Assembly: GCF_000027125.1 (NCBI RefSeq)
Contig: NC_017626.1
Direction: 5' to 3' (one strand)
DNA from: Escherichia coli 042
GTDB lineage: Bacteria; Pseudomonadota; Gammaproteobacteria; Enterobacterales; Enterobacteriaceae
DNA: 64,000 bases
In this document: in pieces, positions 1-14,496 of the stretch
How positions within the stretch are numbered: position 1 is the stretch's first letter
How the letters are laid out: the number at the start of each line of letters is the position of its first letter
The notes under the pieces: model-generated
The model's input: only the letters and a program-made list of their open reading frames with translations
The model's database searches: none
What the model was told of the DNA's origin: nothing
Made by a program: the position numbers and the translations under genes

Positions 1-1
1 T

Positions 2-76
2 ATCGCCATTCTTATCCTCAAACTCATTGTTGCAGCACTGCAACTGCTTGATGCTGTTCTGAAATACCTGAAGTAA
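2..76 (+). CDS. tisB: Type I toxin TisB, C-terminal 24 codons (5' end lies before the window)
   Basis: In-frame translation IAILILKLIVAALQLLDAVLKYLK* matches the remembered TisB C-terminus; it sits directly upstream of emrD as in K-12. Confidence 0.6.
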   Translation: MAILILKLIVAALQLLDAVLKYLK

Positions 77-96
77 TTCAGATTCAAGTCGCACCA

Positions 97-126
97 AAGG
101 GGAGCGGTTACCCGCTCCCCTTTTAT
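97..126 (+). terminator. Rho-independent terminator downstream of tisB
   Basis: GC-rich inverted repeat aaggggagcgg/ccgctcccctt with a 4-nt loop, followed by TTTT. Confidence 0.6.
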
Positions 127-355
127 ATTTAGCGTGTGGGTTGGTGTCGGATGCGATGCTGATGCATCTTATCCGCCCTACCATCCCTCCCGGCAACATT
201 TATTGCCGCTTTTGTTTACATATTCTGCCGCTAAACAATTCCCCATTCCTGGCGTATATCTGGCTAACATTTATCAATGTGATAGATTCCTCTCCCGCAT
301 TTATGGGAATGCGTAGTGACTTATTCTAATTATTTTTATAAAAGCATCCGTGATA

Positions 356-1540
356 ATGAAAAGGCATAGAAACGTCAATTTGTTATTGATGTTGGTATTA
401 CTCGTGGCCGTCGGTCAGATGGCGCAAACCATTTATATTCCAGCTATTGCCGATATGGCGCGCGATCTCAACGTCCGTGAAGGGGCGGTGCAGAGCGTAA
501 TGGGCGCTTATCTGCTGACTTACGGTGTCTCACAGCTGTTTTATGGCCCGATTTCCGACCGTGTGGGTCGCCGACCTGTGATCCTCGTCGGAATGTCCAT
601 TTTTATGCTGGCAACGCTGGTCGCGGTCACGACCTCCAGTTTGACAGTATTGATTGCCGCCAGCGCGATGCAGGGGATGGGCACCGGCGTTGGCGGCGTA
701 ATGGCGCGTACGTTGCCGCGTGATTTATATGAACGAACACAGTTGCGCCATGCTAATAGCCTGTTAAACATGGGAATTCTTGTCAGTCCGTTACTCGCAC
801 CGCTAATCGGCGGTCTGCTGGATACGATGTGGAACTGGCGCGCCTGTTATCTCTTTTTGTTGGTACTTTGTGCCGGTGTGACCTTCAGTATGGCCCGCTG
901 GATGCCGGAAACGCGTCCGGTCGACGCACCGCGCACACGCCTGCTTACCAGTTATAAAACGCTTTTCGGTAACAGCGGTTTTAACTGTTATTTGCTGATG
1001 CTGATTGGCGGTCTGGCAGGGATTGCCGCCTTTGAAGCCTGCTCCGGCGTGCTGATGGGCGCGGTATTAGGGCTGAGCAGTATGACGGTCAGTATTTTGT
1101 TTATTCTGCCGATTCCGGCGGCATTTTTTGGGGCATGGTTTGCCGGACGTCCTAATAAACGCTTCTCAACGTTGATGTGGCAGTCGGTTATCTGCTGCCT
1201 GCTGGCTGGCTTGCTGATGTGGATCCCCGACTGGTTTGGCGTGATGAATGTCTGGACGCTGCTCGTTCCCGCCGCGCTGTTCTTTTTCGGTGCCGGGATG
1301 CTGTTTCCGCTGGCGACCAGCGGCGCGATGGAGCCGTTCCCTTTCCTGGCGGGCACGGCTGGCGCGCTGGTCGGCGGTCTACAAAACATTGGTTCCGGCG
1401 TGCTGGCGTCGCTCTCTGCGATGTTGCCGCAAACCGGTCAGGGCAGCCTGGGGTTGTTGATGACCTTAATGGGATTGTTGATCGTGCTGTGCTGGCTACC
1501 GCTGGCGACGCGGATGTCGCATCAGGGGCAGCCCGTTTAA
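356..1540 (+). CDS. emrD: MFS multidrug efflux transporter EmrD
   Basis: ORF 350..1540; the translation from the internal ATG (MKRHRNVNLLLMLVLLVAVGQMAQTIYIPAIADMARDL...) is near-identical to remembered K-12 EmrD (394 aa). Confidence 0.93.
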   Translation: MKRHRNVNLLLMLVLLVAVGQMAQTIYIPAIADMARDLNVREGAVQSVMGAYLLTYGVSQLFYGPISDRVGRRPVILVGMSIFMLATLVAVTTSSLTVLIAASAMQGMGTGVGGVMARTLPRDLYERTQLRHANSLLNMGILVSPLLAPLIGGLLDTMWNWRACYLFLLVLCAGVTFSMARWMPETRPVDAPRTRLLTSYKTLFGNSGFNCYLLMLIGGLAGIAAFEACSGVLMGAVLGLSSMTVSILFILPIPAAFFGAWFAGRPNKRFSTLMWQSVICCLLAGLLMWIPDWFGVMNVWTLLVPAALFFFGAGMLFPLATSGAMEPFPFLAGTAGALVGGLQNIGSGVLASLSAMLPQTGQGSLGLLMTLMGLLIVLCWLPLATRMSHQGQPV

Positions 1541-1547
1541 GCTCAAG

Positions 1548-2045
1548 TCACCGCAGCATCGTCATCAGCTCCATGGGAGAACGATGCTGCTTTATCAGAT
1601 CACGCATCACCCGCATATGCGGTGCGGAGTAAGAATAAAACGCCTGATAGTCCGCACATAGCACGCTGTCTGGCATCGCCTCCCGAGCGTGCGGACACAG
1701 CCGATGCCAGTCGCACGCCTGGCAGTCACGGCGCGGTTGCGGGTTTTCGCTGCCACACCATTTTTGTAAGGTGGCGTCAAAAAGCTCAATCGAGATACGA
1801 CTGATATCTGCCCGTACCCAACACTCGAACAGGGCAATTAAAAATTTCCCCCACAGCTCTGCTGTCACCGAAGCGGCCGTCAGATCGCCCCGGTCATCAA
1901 ATTCAAGATGGGGAATAAGCTGTACGGAGCGGAGCCCCCGCTGTTTGAAATTGTGATAAAAATCGGCAGGTTGCAGAGCATCCTTATACTCTACAACCAG
2001 TTTATGCCTGTCCTCTTCAGCATCAATGACCTGACTTCCTGTCAT
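1548..2045 (-). CDS. yidF: YidF, Cys-rich protein encoded next to the yidJ sulfatase
   Basis: 165-aa ORF with C-x-x-C-containing segment (CQACDWHRLCPH); position and size match K-12 yidF; overlaps yidG by 4 bp. Confidence 0.8.
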   Translation of the reverse strand: MTGSQVIDAEEDRHKLVVEYKDALQPADFYHNFKQRGLRSVQLIPHLEFDDRGDLTAASVTAELWGKFLIALFECWVRADISRISIELFDATLQKWCGSENPQPRRDCQACDWHRLCPHAREAMPDSVLCADYQAFYSYSAPHMRVMRDLIKQHRSPMELMTMLR

Positions 2046-2404
2046 GCGACTCTCTCAATAAATACGATAAGTTGATGTATATGCGTTACAGCAAACAGTA
2101 TTGCGAGAGATAACACCGCGAGGGAGATCAAAAATTTGTCACGGACTACGTGAAATTGGGAAAAATCGCTATTCGTGACATCCATTAAATTGCGATTACG
2201 GGTGTAGTGCCAGAGGATCAGCGCCACGATGGCGAGGATGCCAATCGAAATCCAGAATAACATGCCCGCATGGTGCCAGTTGTGTTTGATAACCAACGCC
2301 ATCAACGCGCCGTAGCCCAGCATGGTACGAAACCACGCCAGTGATGTACGCTCCGGCTGCAGCCCTGGGTCGGCAATGCGTCTGGCTTTGCGGCTATCCG
2401 GCAT
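2042..2404 (-). CDS. yidG: Inner membrane protein YidG
   Basis: 120-aa hydrophobic ORF, overlapping yidF and yidH (operon arrangement). Confidence 0.8.
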   Translation of the reverse strand: MPDSRKARRIADPGLQPERTSLAWFRTMLGYGALMALVIKHNWHHAGMLFWISIGILAIVALILWHYTRNRNLMDVTNSDFSQFHVVRDKFLISLAVLSLAILFAVTHIHQLIVFIERVA

Positions 2405-2741
2405 ACAACACCAGTCCCATGACGATCACCGCCACGATCATCAATATTAAGCTGATGATTAATAAGCTGTTGGTATAGGGCAGGTCCTCTTTCAGACGCA
2501 TCGCTTTTTCATTGCGTAACCAGCGCAAGTAGCCATACATCGCTAACCCGCCGGAAAACAGACACAACAACAACGCCAGCAGTTCGCGAATGACGGGCGT
2601 GGCGAAATCTGGCGCAAGTTGGTCAAGCCCAACCCCCGCCGCCAGAAATCCTAGTGCGGTACGGATCCACGCCAGAAAAGTACGCTCATTAGCCAGCGAG
2701 AAGCGGTAATCGGGCGCTTCTCCGAGGCGGGAAATTTTCAT
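2394..2741 (-). CDS. yidH: Inner membrane protein YidH (DUF202-like)
   Basis: 115-aa ORF with two hydrophobic segments, first gene of a yidHGF overlap series. Confidence 0.8.
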   Translation of the reverse strand: MKISRLGEAPDYRFSLANERTFLAWIRTALGFLAAGVGLDQLAPDFATPVIRELLALLLCLFSGGLAMYGYLRWLRNEKAMRLKEDLPYTNSLLIISLILMIVAVIVMGLVLYAG

Positions 2742-2849
2742 TGTTGCTCCTTTGCAATTTCACTAACGCTCTATCTTTAGCGGTTTTTTTTAAGAATTTC
2801 GTCCGCCCGTTTCCTGATATGCTTTTGCCATCCGCTACAAGGAGGTCAG

Positions 2850-3299
2850 ATGGGTATCATAGCTCAAAATAAAATCAGTTCATTGGGCATGCTGTTCGGT
2901 GCCATCGCTTTAATGATGGGGATTATCCACTTTTCATTCGGCCCTTTTTCCGCACCACCGCCAACGCTTGAAAGCATCGTGGCGGACAAAACGGCTGAAA
3001 TTAAAAGAGGTCTTCTCGCCGGAATAAAAGGCGAAAAAATTACCACCGTGGAGAAAAAAGAGGACGTGGATGTCGATAAAATCCTCGATCAAAGCGGTAT
3101 CGCACTGGCCATTGCTGCGCTACTTTGCGCATTTGTTGGCGGTATGCGTAAGGAAAATCGCTGGGGCATTCGCGGCGCGCTGGTTTTTGGCGGCGGGACG
3201 CTGGCTTTCCATACCTTGCTTTTTGGTATCGGCATCGTGTGCAGCATTTTGCTGATATTCCTTATCTTTTCCTTCCTGACCGGCGGTTCGCTGGTTTAA
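2850..3299 (+). CDS. yidI: Inner membrane protein YidI
   Basis: 149-aa hydrophobic ORF preceded by aaggaggt RBS; synteny. Confidence 0.8.
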   Translation: MGIIAQNKISSLGMLFGAIALMMGIIHFSFGPFSAPPPTLESIVADKTAEIKRGLLAGIKGEKITTVEKKEDVDVDKILDQSGIALAIAALLCAFVGGMRKENRWGIRGALVFGGGTLAFHTLLFGIGIVCSILLIFLIFSFLTGGSLV

Positions 3300-3345
3300 G
3301 CAGCCTGAATAATGCCCGCCGGGTGATCATCAGCGGGCATTATCG

Positions 3346-4839
3346 TCAGAACTTCTGTTTTTTCTCTTCCACCTTCACCCCTTGTGTCGGTAGGCCGGTG
3401 TCATAGTCGCGTACCACTGGCGAATAGCCATCTTGTGGGCGTGGACGAAACGCCCCCATCCAGCGCGGTCGTGCATCTTTACGCCACGGACGCAGACTCC
3501 ATTGGTAACTGCGGAACGGATCGCGAATTTTATCCATGTAATCCAATAAGGCGTCATGCATTTTGCTGCGCACGTCGGCAAAACGGATATCATCTATCAG
3601 GTTATGCATTTCATTTGAATCATTACGGCGATCGTAAAGTTCATCACTGGTGAAGAGGTTGAGCACCAGTTTAAAGTCATCCGTCACCCAGCAACGCACC
3701 GGAATAAAACCGCCAAAGCTGTCATGCTCAATCTCGTAGCGGTTAAATTCCACCATCACGCCGCGTGGCTCTGTCACGGCAAGGATATTTTCCCCCGGCA
3801 GAATCTCTGGTTTTTCAATATCTGCCAGCGCCATCATTGTCGGCAGTAAATCGATATGACTGACTGGCGTATCGACCTGTCGCCGCTCCCCTTGCGGCGA
3901 ACGGATGATCAGCGGAATGCGGGTGATGTCGTCATACATCGCCGCCCCTTTACTGATCAGCTTATGTGCGCCCATCATTTCGCCGTGATCGGAGGTATAA
4001 ATAACCCACGTATTTTCACGTTGCTCTGGCGTTAAGGCATTGATGACCCGTCCGATTTGGTCATCAACAAAGTCATTACAGGCAAAATAGAGCGGATGGT
4101 GATAAAGCCCGTCATCACCGACTGGCGATGGCATCGCCTGCGCCCATAAGCGGTGATGTTCCGGTTTGTTAGCCAGGTCATCCTGTGCTTTCTCGCCCAG
4201 CTCGTAGTAAAAATCAGCGTATTTCTCTAAATACTCCACCGGACAGGTGAACGGGTGATGCGGCTCATCATACGAAACCACCATCAGGAAGGGTTCCTCG
4301 GCGCGCGCGGGCTGTTGCAGAAAATCTACCGCCCGATTGCTGATGCGGTGCGCCCAGGTGAAGGTTTCGTCGATATGGTTCGCCTGTAAATCCTCAACGC
4401 TGTTTAGGCCATTGCGCCACAGGCTGATCTCTTTTTCCGTCAGTTCGCTAAGGTAGTTCGCCCCATCGAACCAGTAATCAGCGTCCCACTCCGGCGGACA
4501 CTCGCCAGTGCCGAAATAGTCATGACCGTCGAGATGCCATTTGCCAATGTAACAGGTGTGATAGCCCGCATCCTTAAAGTAGCGCCCCATGGTGGAAATG
4601 TTTTTACCTGGCGCGACGTTGTTGGTCCACGGGCCGGACTGGTTAGCGTAGATACCGGTAAACAGCCCGGCGCGCGCTGGTGTACAAACCGGTGAACAGG
4701 TATAGGCGGAATTAAAGCGAATACTTTCCGCCGCCAGACTATCAATATTTTGCGTATTCAGCGGCTTACCGCTATAGCAACCGACCATATTGGTGGCCTG
4801 GGTATCGGTCATGATGAACAGAAAATTGGGGCGTTTCAT
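3346..4839 (-). CDS. yidJ: Sulfatase/arylsulfatase-family protein YidJ
   Basis: 497-aa ORF; N-terminal sulfatase signature region (CTPARAGLFTG) around the Cys that becomes formylglycine in this family. Confidence 0.88.
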   Translation of the reverse strand: MKRPNFLFIMTDTQATNMVGCYSGKPLNTQNIDSLAAESIRFNSAYTCSPVCTPARAGLFTGIYANQSGPWTNNVAPGKNISTMGRYFKDAGYHTCYIGKWHLDGHDYFGTGECPPEWDADYWFDGANYLSELTEKEISLWRNGLNSVEDLQANHIDETFTWAHRISNRAVDFLQQPARAEEPFLMVVSYDEPHHPFTCPVEYLEKYADFYYELGEKAQDDLANKPEHHRLWAQAMPSPVGDDGLYHHPLYFACNDFVDDQIGRVINALTPEQRENTWVIYTSDHGEMMGAHKLISKGAAMYDDITRIPLIIRSPQGERRQVDTPVSHIDLLPTMMALADIEKPEILPGENILAVTEPRGVMVEFNRYEIEHDSFGGFIPVRCWVTDDFKLVLNLFTSDELYDRRNDSNEMHNLIDDIRFADVRSKMHDALLDYMDKIRDPFRSYQWSLRPWRKDARPRWMGAFRPRPQDGYSPVVRDYDTGLPTQGVKVEEKKQKF

Positions 4840-6551
4840 AGGCTATCCTTCGCGTCGGGAGTAAAGGTTACGGCTGGGTCGTGACGATGCCGCCAGCTAT
4901 CAAAAATCAGGTAGACAATCACTACGGCAGCGATGAAATAACTGATCATCGCTAACCAGCGCGTACCGTAGCCGCCGAATTCAGCCAGCCCGGCATAGAC
5001 GCCAATCATCGCGAACAGGATGCCAATTGACGCGATCTTGACGTTTTTCCACGGTTTCATGTCCACCGCAAACGCATCGTTGAAGGTGAACGGCGTGGCG
5101 CGCGGTTTGATAAAACCGATCACCAGCATCACGACCACGTTGATGCAGAACGTACAGGCCAGCACATAGAGGAAATGGAAGTCGAACTTCACCAGATAGT
5201 TGATGGTGATGTAGCTGATTATGCCAATCCCCATCGCCACTTTTGCCGCCAGCGCCGGAATGCGCGGGAAGAAAAAGCCCATAATGATGATGGTAACCAG
5301 CGGCACGTTGTAAATACCGTTGAGCTGTTTCATCCAGCTATATAGCCCCTGCGGCGCGTTGGCGATCCACGGCGCGACCAGCACCGAAACGATAGCGATA
5401 AAGAAACCAAATTTGCGCCCGACGGTGACCAGCTGCTGCGGCTCGGCATTCTGGTTAATGATGCGCCGGTAAATACCCATACTGAATAACGTACTGGCGC
5501 TATTCAGAAAGCCGTTGAAGGTACTGATCACCGCACCAAATAACACCGCGCCGAAGAAACCCACCAGTGGCACTGGCAGAACGTTATTGACCAGCGTCGG
5601 GTAGGCCATGTCGGCTTTAGGTAAATCCTGATACAGATGAAACGCAATCAACCCTGGCAGCACCAGTACCAGCGGGTCGAGCATTTTCAGCACCGCCGTT
5701 AACAGCGCCCCCTTTTGCCCTTCCGCCAGGCTTTTTGACGCCAGTGTGCGTTGCACGATGCCCTGATTTGTACACCAGTAAAAGGTGTTCACCAGAATCA
5801 AACCGGTAAATGCCGCGCCAATCGGCAAGGGATCGGTCGGGCCGCCGACTGAGTTTAATTTCTCGGCGTGAACGGTGGTGAGTTGCTCAATGCCCTGCAT
5901 AAAGCTGCCCTTGCCCATCGCGATCAGGCCAAATATCGGCACCATCAACCCGCCAATAACCAGCCCAATACCGTTAATGGAGTCTGCCACTGCCATTGCG
6001 CGCAGTCCGCCGATCACCGCATACAAAATTCCCGCCATACCAAGCAAAATAACCAGTAGCCAGATCGCTGCGCCGTGGGAAATTTGTAACGATTCCCCGA
6101 CGTGAAACAGGCTGTTGAGCGCCAACGCGCCGGAGTAGAGAACAATCGGCAGAAAGCAGACACCGGTGGCAATGAGGAAGCAGAAGTCGATGATAATACG
6201 CGTCGTTTTATCATAACGTTCCTCCAGGAAATCGGGGATGGTGGCAATGCCACGCTTCAGATAGCGCGGTAAAAAGATTAGCGCGAGGAAGATCAGCGTC
6301 ACCGCAGAAGTGACTTCCCAGCCCATCACCGACATGCCGCTTTTGTAGGCCTGCCCGGAAAGTCCAACCAGTTGTTCCGTGGAAAGGTTGGTTAGCATTA
6401 ACGAAGCGGCAATAACCGGCGCTTTTAGTGAACGTCCGGCAAGAAAATAGCCTTGTTGCGATCCGGTATCTGTTTTGCGGACCTTCCACCAGGTGATGAC
6501 CGCCACCAGCAGCGTAAAACCGACAAAACTCAAGATTTGTAACGAATTCAT
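4836..6551 (-). CDS. yidK: Sodium:solute symporter (SSS) family transporter YidK
   Basis: 571-aa polytopic membrane ORF, 4-bp overlap with yidJ; synteny. Confidence 0.88.
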   Translation of the reverse strand: MNSLQILSFVGFTLLVAVITWWKVRKTDTGSQQGYFLAGRSLKAPVIAASLMLTNLSTEQLVGLSGQAYKSGMSVMGWEVTSAVTLIFLALIFLPRYLKRGIATIPDFLEERYDKTTRIIIDFCFLIATGVCFLPIVLYSGALALNSLFHVGESLQISHGAAIWLLVILLGMAGILYAVIGGLRAMAVADSINGIGLVIGGLMVPIFGLIAMGKGSFMQGIEQLTTVHAEKLNSVGGPTDPLPIGAAFTGLILVNTFYWCTNQGIVQRTLASKSLAEGQKGALLTAVLKMLDPLVLVLPGLIAFHLYQDLPKADMAYPTLVNNVLPVPLVGFFGAVLFGAVISTFNGFLNSASTLFSMGIYRRIINQNAEPQQLVTVGRKFGFFIAIVSVLVAPWIANAPQGLYSWMKQLNGIYNVPLVTIIIMGFFFPRIPALAAKVAMGIGIISYITINYLVKFDFHFLYVLACTFCINVVVMLVIGFIKPRATPFTFNDAFAVDMKPWKNVKIASIGILFAMIGVYAGLAEFGGYGTRWLAMISYFIAAVVIVYLIFDSWRHRHDPAVTFTPDAKDSL

Positions 6552-6717
6552 CTCATAGCCCTTATTTATGTTTATGTCCCGGACGCATGAATATAGGGAG
6601 AGGTAAAATGCGTCGGGTCAGGCAGTCAGATTCTTAAAATACAAACGTCGTATCCCTGAACGGATTGTTTTCTGTTAAGTTCAGGTTGTGAGCATAATTC
6701 GCCGGAGGGATATTAAA

Positions 6718-10546
<3,829 letters not shown>

Positions 10547-10841
10547 TTCCACATCCTCTTTTCTCAATTCTGTAAGTAGGAAGCCTGATTGGTTATGCGG
10601 CAGGCCTGGAGCGAGGATAGGAAGATGCGATCGGCAGAACATGACGACCCAATGGGATTCGTGATCGCTTTCATGCTTTTCGTTGGGCGGTAGAGATCTA
10701 CGTTTTCGCGAAAAAGTAGACATCTGTGAGCACTGGTACACAGCATCGAACACATCTTTAAAAAAAAGATTTTTTTTCAATCGATTAAGCAGAACTTGTG
10801 GGCGCATTACCCGGGCTTGCAGGCAAAAAAGAGATCTAGAG

Positions 10842-11558
10842 ATGATCTACAAAAGCATTGCGGAGCGGTTAAGAATTCGACTTAATTCCGCAGATTTCAC
10901 GCTAAACAGCCTTCTTCCCGGTGAAAAAAAGCTGGCGGAAGAGTTTGCGGTATCGCGGATGACCATCCGTAAAGCCATTGACCTTCTGGTGGCGTGGGGG
11001 CTGGTGGTCCGCCGCCACGGCAGCGGCACTTACCTGGTGCGTAAAGATGTATTGCATCAAACCGCCAGCCTGACCGGGCTGGTGGAGGTGTTAAAACGCC
11101 AAGGAAAAACGGTCACCAGCCAGGTGCTGATTTTTGAAATCATGCCTGCGCCTCCGGCCATTGCCAGCCAGTTACGGATTCAAATCAACGAGCAGATCTA
11201 CTTCTCCCGTCGCGTTCGTTTTGTGGAAGGGAAACCGCTGATGCTGGAAGACAGCTATATGCCGGTAAAACTGTTCCGTAACCTTTCGCTGCAACATCTG
11301 GAAGGGTCGAAGTTTGAATATATTGAACAAGAGTGCGGGATTCTGATTGGCGGTAATTATGAAAGCCTGACGCCGGTGCTCGCCGATAGACTGCTGGCGC
11401 GGCAAATGAAGGTAGCGGAACACACGCCACTGCTGCGGATCACCTCGTTGTCATATAGCGAGAGCGGGGAGTTTTTGAATTATTCAGTGATGTTCAGAAA
11501 TGCCAGCGAATACCAGGTGGAGTACCATTTACGGCGACTCCACCCGGAAAAGAGTTAA
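10842..11558 (+). CDS. yidP: GntR-family transcriptional regulator YidP
   Basis: ORF 10683..11558; start moved to ATG at 10842 ([10 protein letters not shown]...), giving 238 aa; N-terminal GntR HTH ([22 protein letters not shown]). Confidence 0.85.
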
Positions 11559-13216
11559 CCGATACTCCAGAAGAGCACCGCCAGTAATTGGGGGGTGATA
11601 ATGCGCAGGAACATCACTAACGGATAGACAGTGGCGTAAGAGAGCGCCGCCGCACCGCTCGTTGGATGAAGATTATTAGCAAACGCCAGCGCCGGAGGAT
11701 CGGTCATGGAGCCAGCCAGCATCCCGCACATGGTCAGGTAATTCATTTTGGCTAACATCCGCGCCAGAATGCCAACAGTAATCAGCGGAACGGCGGTGAT
11801 CAGCGCACCATAACCAATCCAGCTTAGCCCTTCGCCATTGACCAGGGTATTCACAAAATCCCCACCAGATTTCAGACCAACGACCGAGAGGAACAGCACG
11901 ATCCCCAGCTCCCGCAGCGCGAGGTTGGCACTTGGCGGCATAAACCAGTACAGCTTGCCGATACTGCCGATACGCCCGAGGATCAACGCCATAATCAGCG
12001 GACCGCCCGCCAGCCCCAGTTTCAATGCGGCCGGGAATCCCGGCACAAAGACGGGAATAGAACCTAACAATACGCCAAGCCCGATACCAATAAACACCGG
12101 CAACATCTGAACCTGTTGCAGTTTTTGCTGCGCATTCCCCAGCACATTGGCAACGGCATCAATTGCGGACGGACGCCCCACCAGGTTGAGAATATCGCCG
12201 AACTGCAGGCTGATATCGCCACTGGCAACCAGTTCGACCCCGGCACGGTTCAGGCGCGAGATAACAACGTCGTAGCGTTCTTTAAAGTGCAGGTCGCGAA
12301 TACGCTTACCAAGCACGTTTTCATTGGTGACCACCACACGCTCGACGCGTAAATCAGTGCCTTTCGTGGACAGCGAGGTATCGACCTCCTGACCAATCAC
12401 CAGTTGCGCATTATGTAAATCCGCTGGCTGCCCCACCAGATGCAGCAAATCGCCCAGTTGGATAATGGTATCTGGCGAAGGTACTTTTAGGGTTTCTTCT
12501 CGTTTCAGACGCGAGCAGATAATTTTGTCGCCGTTGAGAATCGGTACATCTTTAATGGCTAAATCATGCAGGTTAGGGTTCTCAACGCGAATATTGATAG
12601 TCCTGATCAGCGCGCCGCCATTGGTGCGTGAAGACTCGTGCTGCTGGGCTTCTGTCTCGACATTGACGCGGAAAATAACCCGCAACATCCACATGGTGAA
12701 CAAAATCCCGCAAATGCCGAATGGATACGCCATCGCGTAACTCATCCCCATCTGATCGACCATTTCCATTGGTGTACCCAGGTCGCGCAAGATCTGCTGC
12801 CCTGCCCCCAGTGCTGGCGTATTGGTTACCGCACCGGAGAAAATCCCCAGTACTACCGGCAGTGGAATATCAAACAGTTTATGCAGGATGGCGGTAACCA
12901 GACCACCGATGATGACGATCAGAACAGCAAACAGGTTGAGGCGTAATCCGGAGACGCGCAATGAGGCAAAGAAGCCCGGACCCACCTGAATCCCGATGGT
13001 ATAAACGAACAGGATCAGGCCAAATTCCTGAATAACATGCAGCATATCGCTACTTAATGTCATCCCCGCCTGAGAAACAAAATGGCCGACGATGATCCCA
13101 CCAAACAGCACGCCGCCAATACCTAATCCTATGCCGCGAAATTTGACGTTGCCGATAAACAAACCGACGACTGCCACCAAAGCCAGAATACTGACCGTTA
13201 ATGCTATATCACTCAT
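11555..13216 (-). CDS. yidE: Putative transporter YidE (AAE family)
   Basis: ORF 11555..13240; start placed at MSDIALT (13216), giving 553 aa; two-lobed membrane protein. Confidence 0.85.
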
Positions 13217-13365
13217 CGTCCATTTCTCTTGAGATAACATTTTAATTGCTACGGATTATGGCTGAATCGGTGAAGCAGATTTGCCTTATAGCGCACATTA
13301 TCACGGGAAAGAACGTGCCGAAATATCTTAAACAGGCGAAAATTAACGCATTGTTGAAGAAGAAA

Positions 13366-13400
13366 GACAAAAAAAGCCCCACCAGAATGGCGGGGCAAAG
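13366..13400 (-). terminator. Rho-independent terminator after ibpB
   Basis: Minus-strand hairpin gccccgcc...ggtggggc followed by a T7 run immediately downstream of the ibpB stop. Confidence 0.6.
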
Positions 13401-13411
13401 AGAATAGCTAG

Positions 13412-13840
13412 TTAGCTATTTAACGCGGGACGTTCGCTGATAGCGATACGCTGCGCTGCGATGGGTTCAGGCTCATTACGAATTAAATCAATATGCAGTA
13501 AACCGTTTACGAAGGTTGCACCAGAGACTTCCATATTTTCAGCCAGCGTAAAGCTCAGGCTAAATGGCTGATTCATAAGCCCTTGATGCAGCCATTTTTT
13601 CTCTTCTTTTGGCTGCTCCGGCGTGCCTTTTACGCTCAGGCGCGTACCTTCCAGTTGAATCTCTAAATCTTCCTGACGAAAACCTGCCAGCGCAAGGGTA
13701 ATGCGGTAGTGGTTATCGTCGCTTTTCTCAATGTTGTACGGCGGGAAGCTCTGGCTTTCACCGGCGTTTTGCAGTGCGTTGGCCAGTTTGTCAAAACCGA
13801 TCCATTGACGCATCAGTGGGGATAAATCGAAGTTACGCAT
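13412..13840 (-). CDS. ibpB: Small heat-shock protein IbpB
   Basis: ORF 13412..13879; start at [13 protein letters not shown] (13840), giving 142 aa; alpha-crystallin domain. Confidence 0.93.
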
Positions 13841-13951
13841 AGTCATTTCTCCTTCTAAGAAGCGAGTAAGTACCTGCAAATCCGAAGATTCGCATATGCT
13901 CCCTGACGGCGAGCATGGAGATGTCAGGCCGCGCCAGGCGGCCTTAAGGAA

Positions 13952-14365
13952 TTAGTTGATTTCGATACGGCGCGGTTTTTTCGCTTCCGGAATCACGCGT
14001 TCGAGATCGATATACAGCAGACCATTCACCAGGTTAGCACCACGAACATGAATGTTCTCAGCTAACTGGAATTTGCGTTCAAAGTTGCGTTCAGCGATGC
14101 CCTGGTACAGATAGGTGCGCTCTTTTTGTTCGTCGGCGTGAGCACCTTTCACCACCAGCAGATTATCCTGGGCGGTAATTTCCAGTTCGCTCTCAGCAAA
14201 ACCAGCCACAGCGATAGCAATGCGGTAATGGTTTTCGTCTACCAGTTCAACGTTATACGGAGGGTAGCCGCCATTACTCTGGCTCTGGTTGTTTTCTAAG
14301 TGGTTAAACAAACGGTCAAATCCAATAGCAGAACGGTAAAGCGGGGATAAATCAAAGTTACGCAT
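13952..14365 (-). CDS. ibpA: Small heat-shock protein IbpA
   Basis: ORF 13952..14371; start at [16 protein letters not shown] (14365), giving 137 aa. Confidence 0.93.
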
Positions 14366-14460
14366 AATCAATAGCTCCTGAAATCAGCGAGAATGTAAGA
14401 CCTTCCACAATGGACAGGTCAGGTAGCCAGAACACCCATCAGGCGCGTCCTCATCGGCTA
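14366..14460 (-). promoter_or_regulatory. ibpA 5' UTR (location of the described ROSE-like RNA thermometer)
   Basis: Leader between the sigma-32 promoter and the ibpA AGGAG Shine-Dalgarno; the thermometer assignment is from literature knowledge, and the fold was not computed. Confidence 0.45.
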
Positions 14461-14466
14461 CGATGT

Positions 14467-14496
14467 AAAAATGGGTCTGGAAATGAACTTTTCAAG
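14467..14496 (-). promoter_or_regulatory. Sigma-32 heat-shock promoter of ibpAB
   Basis: Minus strand reads cTTGAAAa, 15-nt spacer, CCCATTTTT, a good match to the sigma-32 consensus TTGAAA / CCCCATNT. Confidence 0.7.

Noticed and set aside
10547-10807. N-terminal 87-residue extension of the glvC ORF (625 aa in the track)
   Set aside because: The extension reads through the promoter region with a non-membrane-like composition; the internal ATG at 10546 has a proper RBS and gives the expected EIICB N-terminus.
13880-13951. REP element in the ibpB-ibpA intergenic region
   Set aside because: The sequence contains short palindromes but does not match the GCCGGATG / GCCTGATG REP core seen elsewhere in the window.
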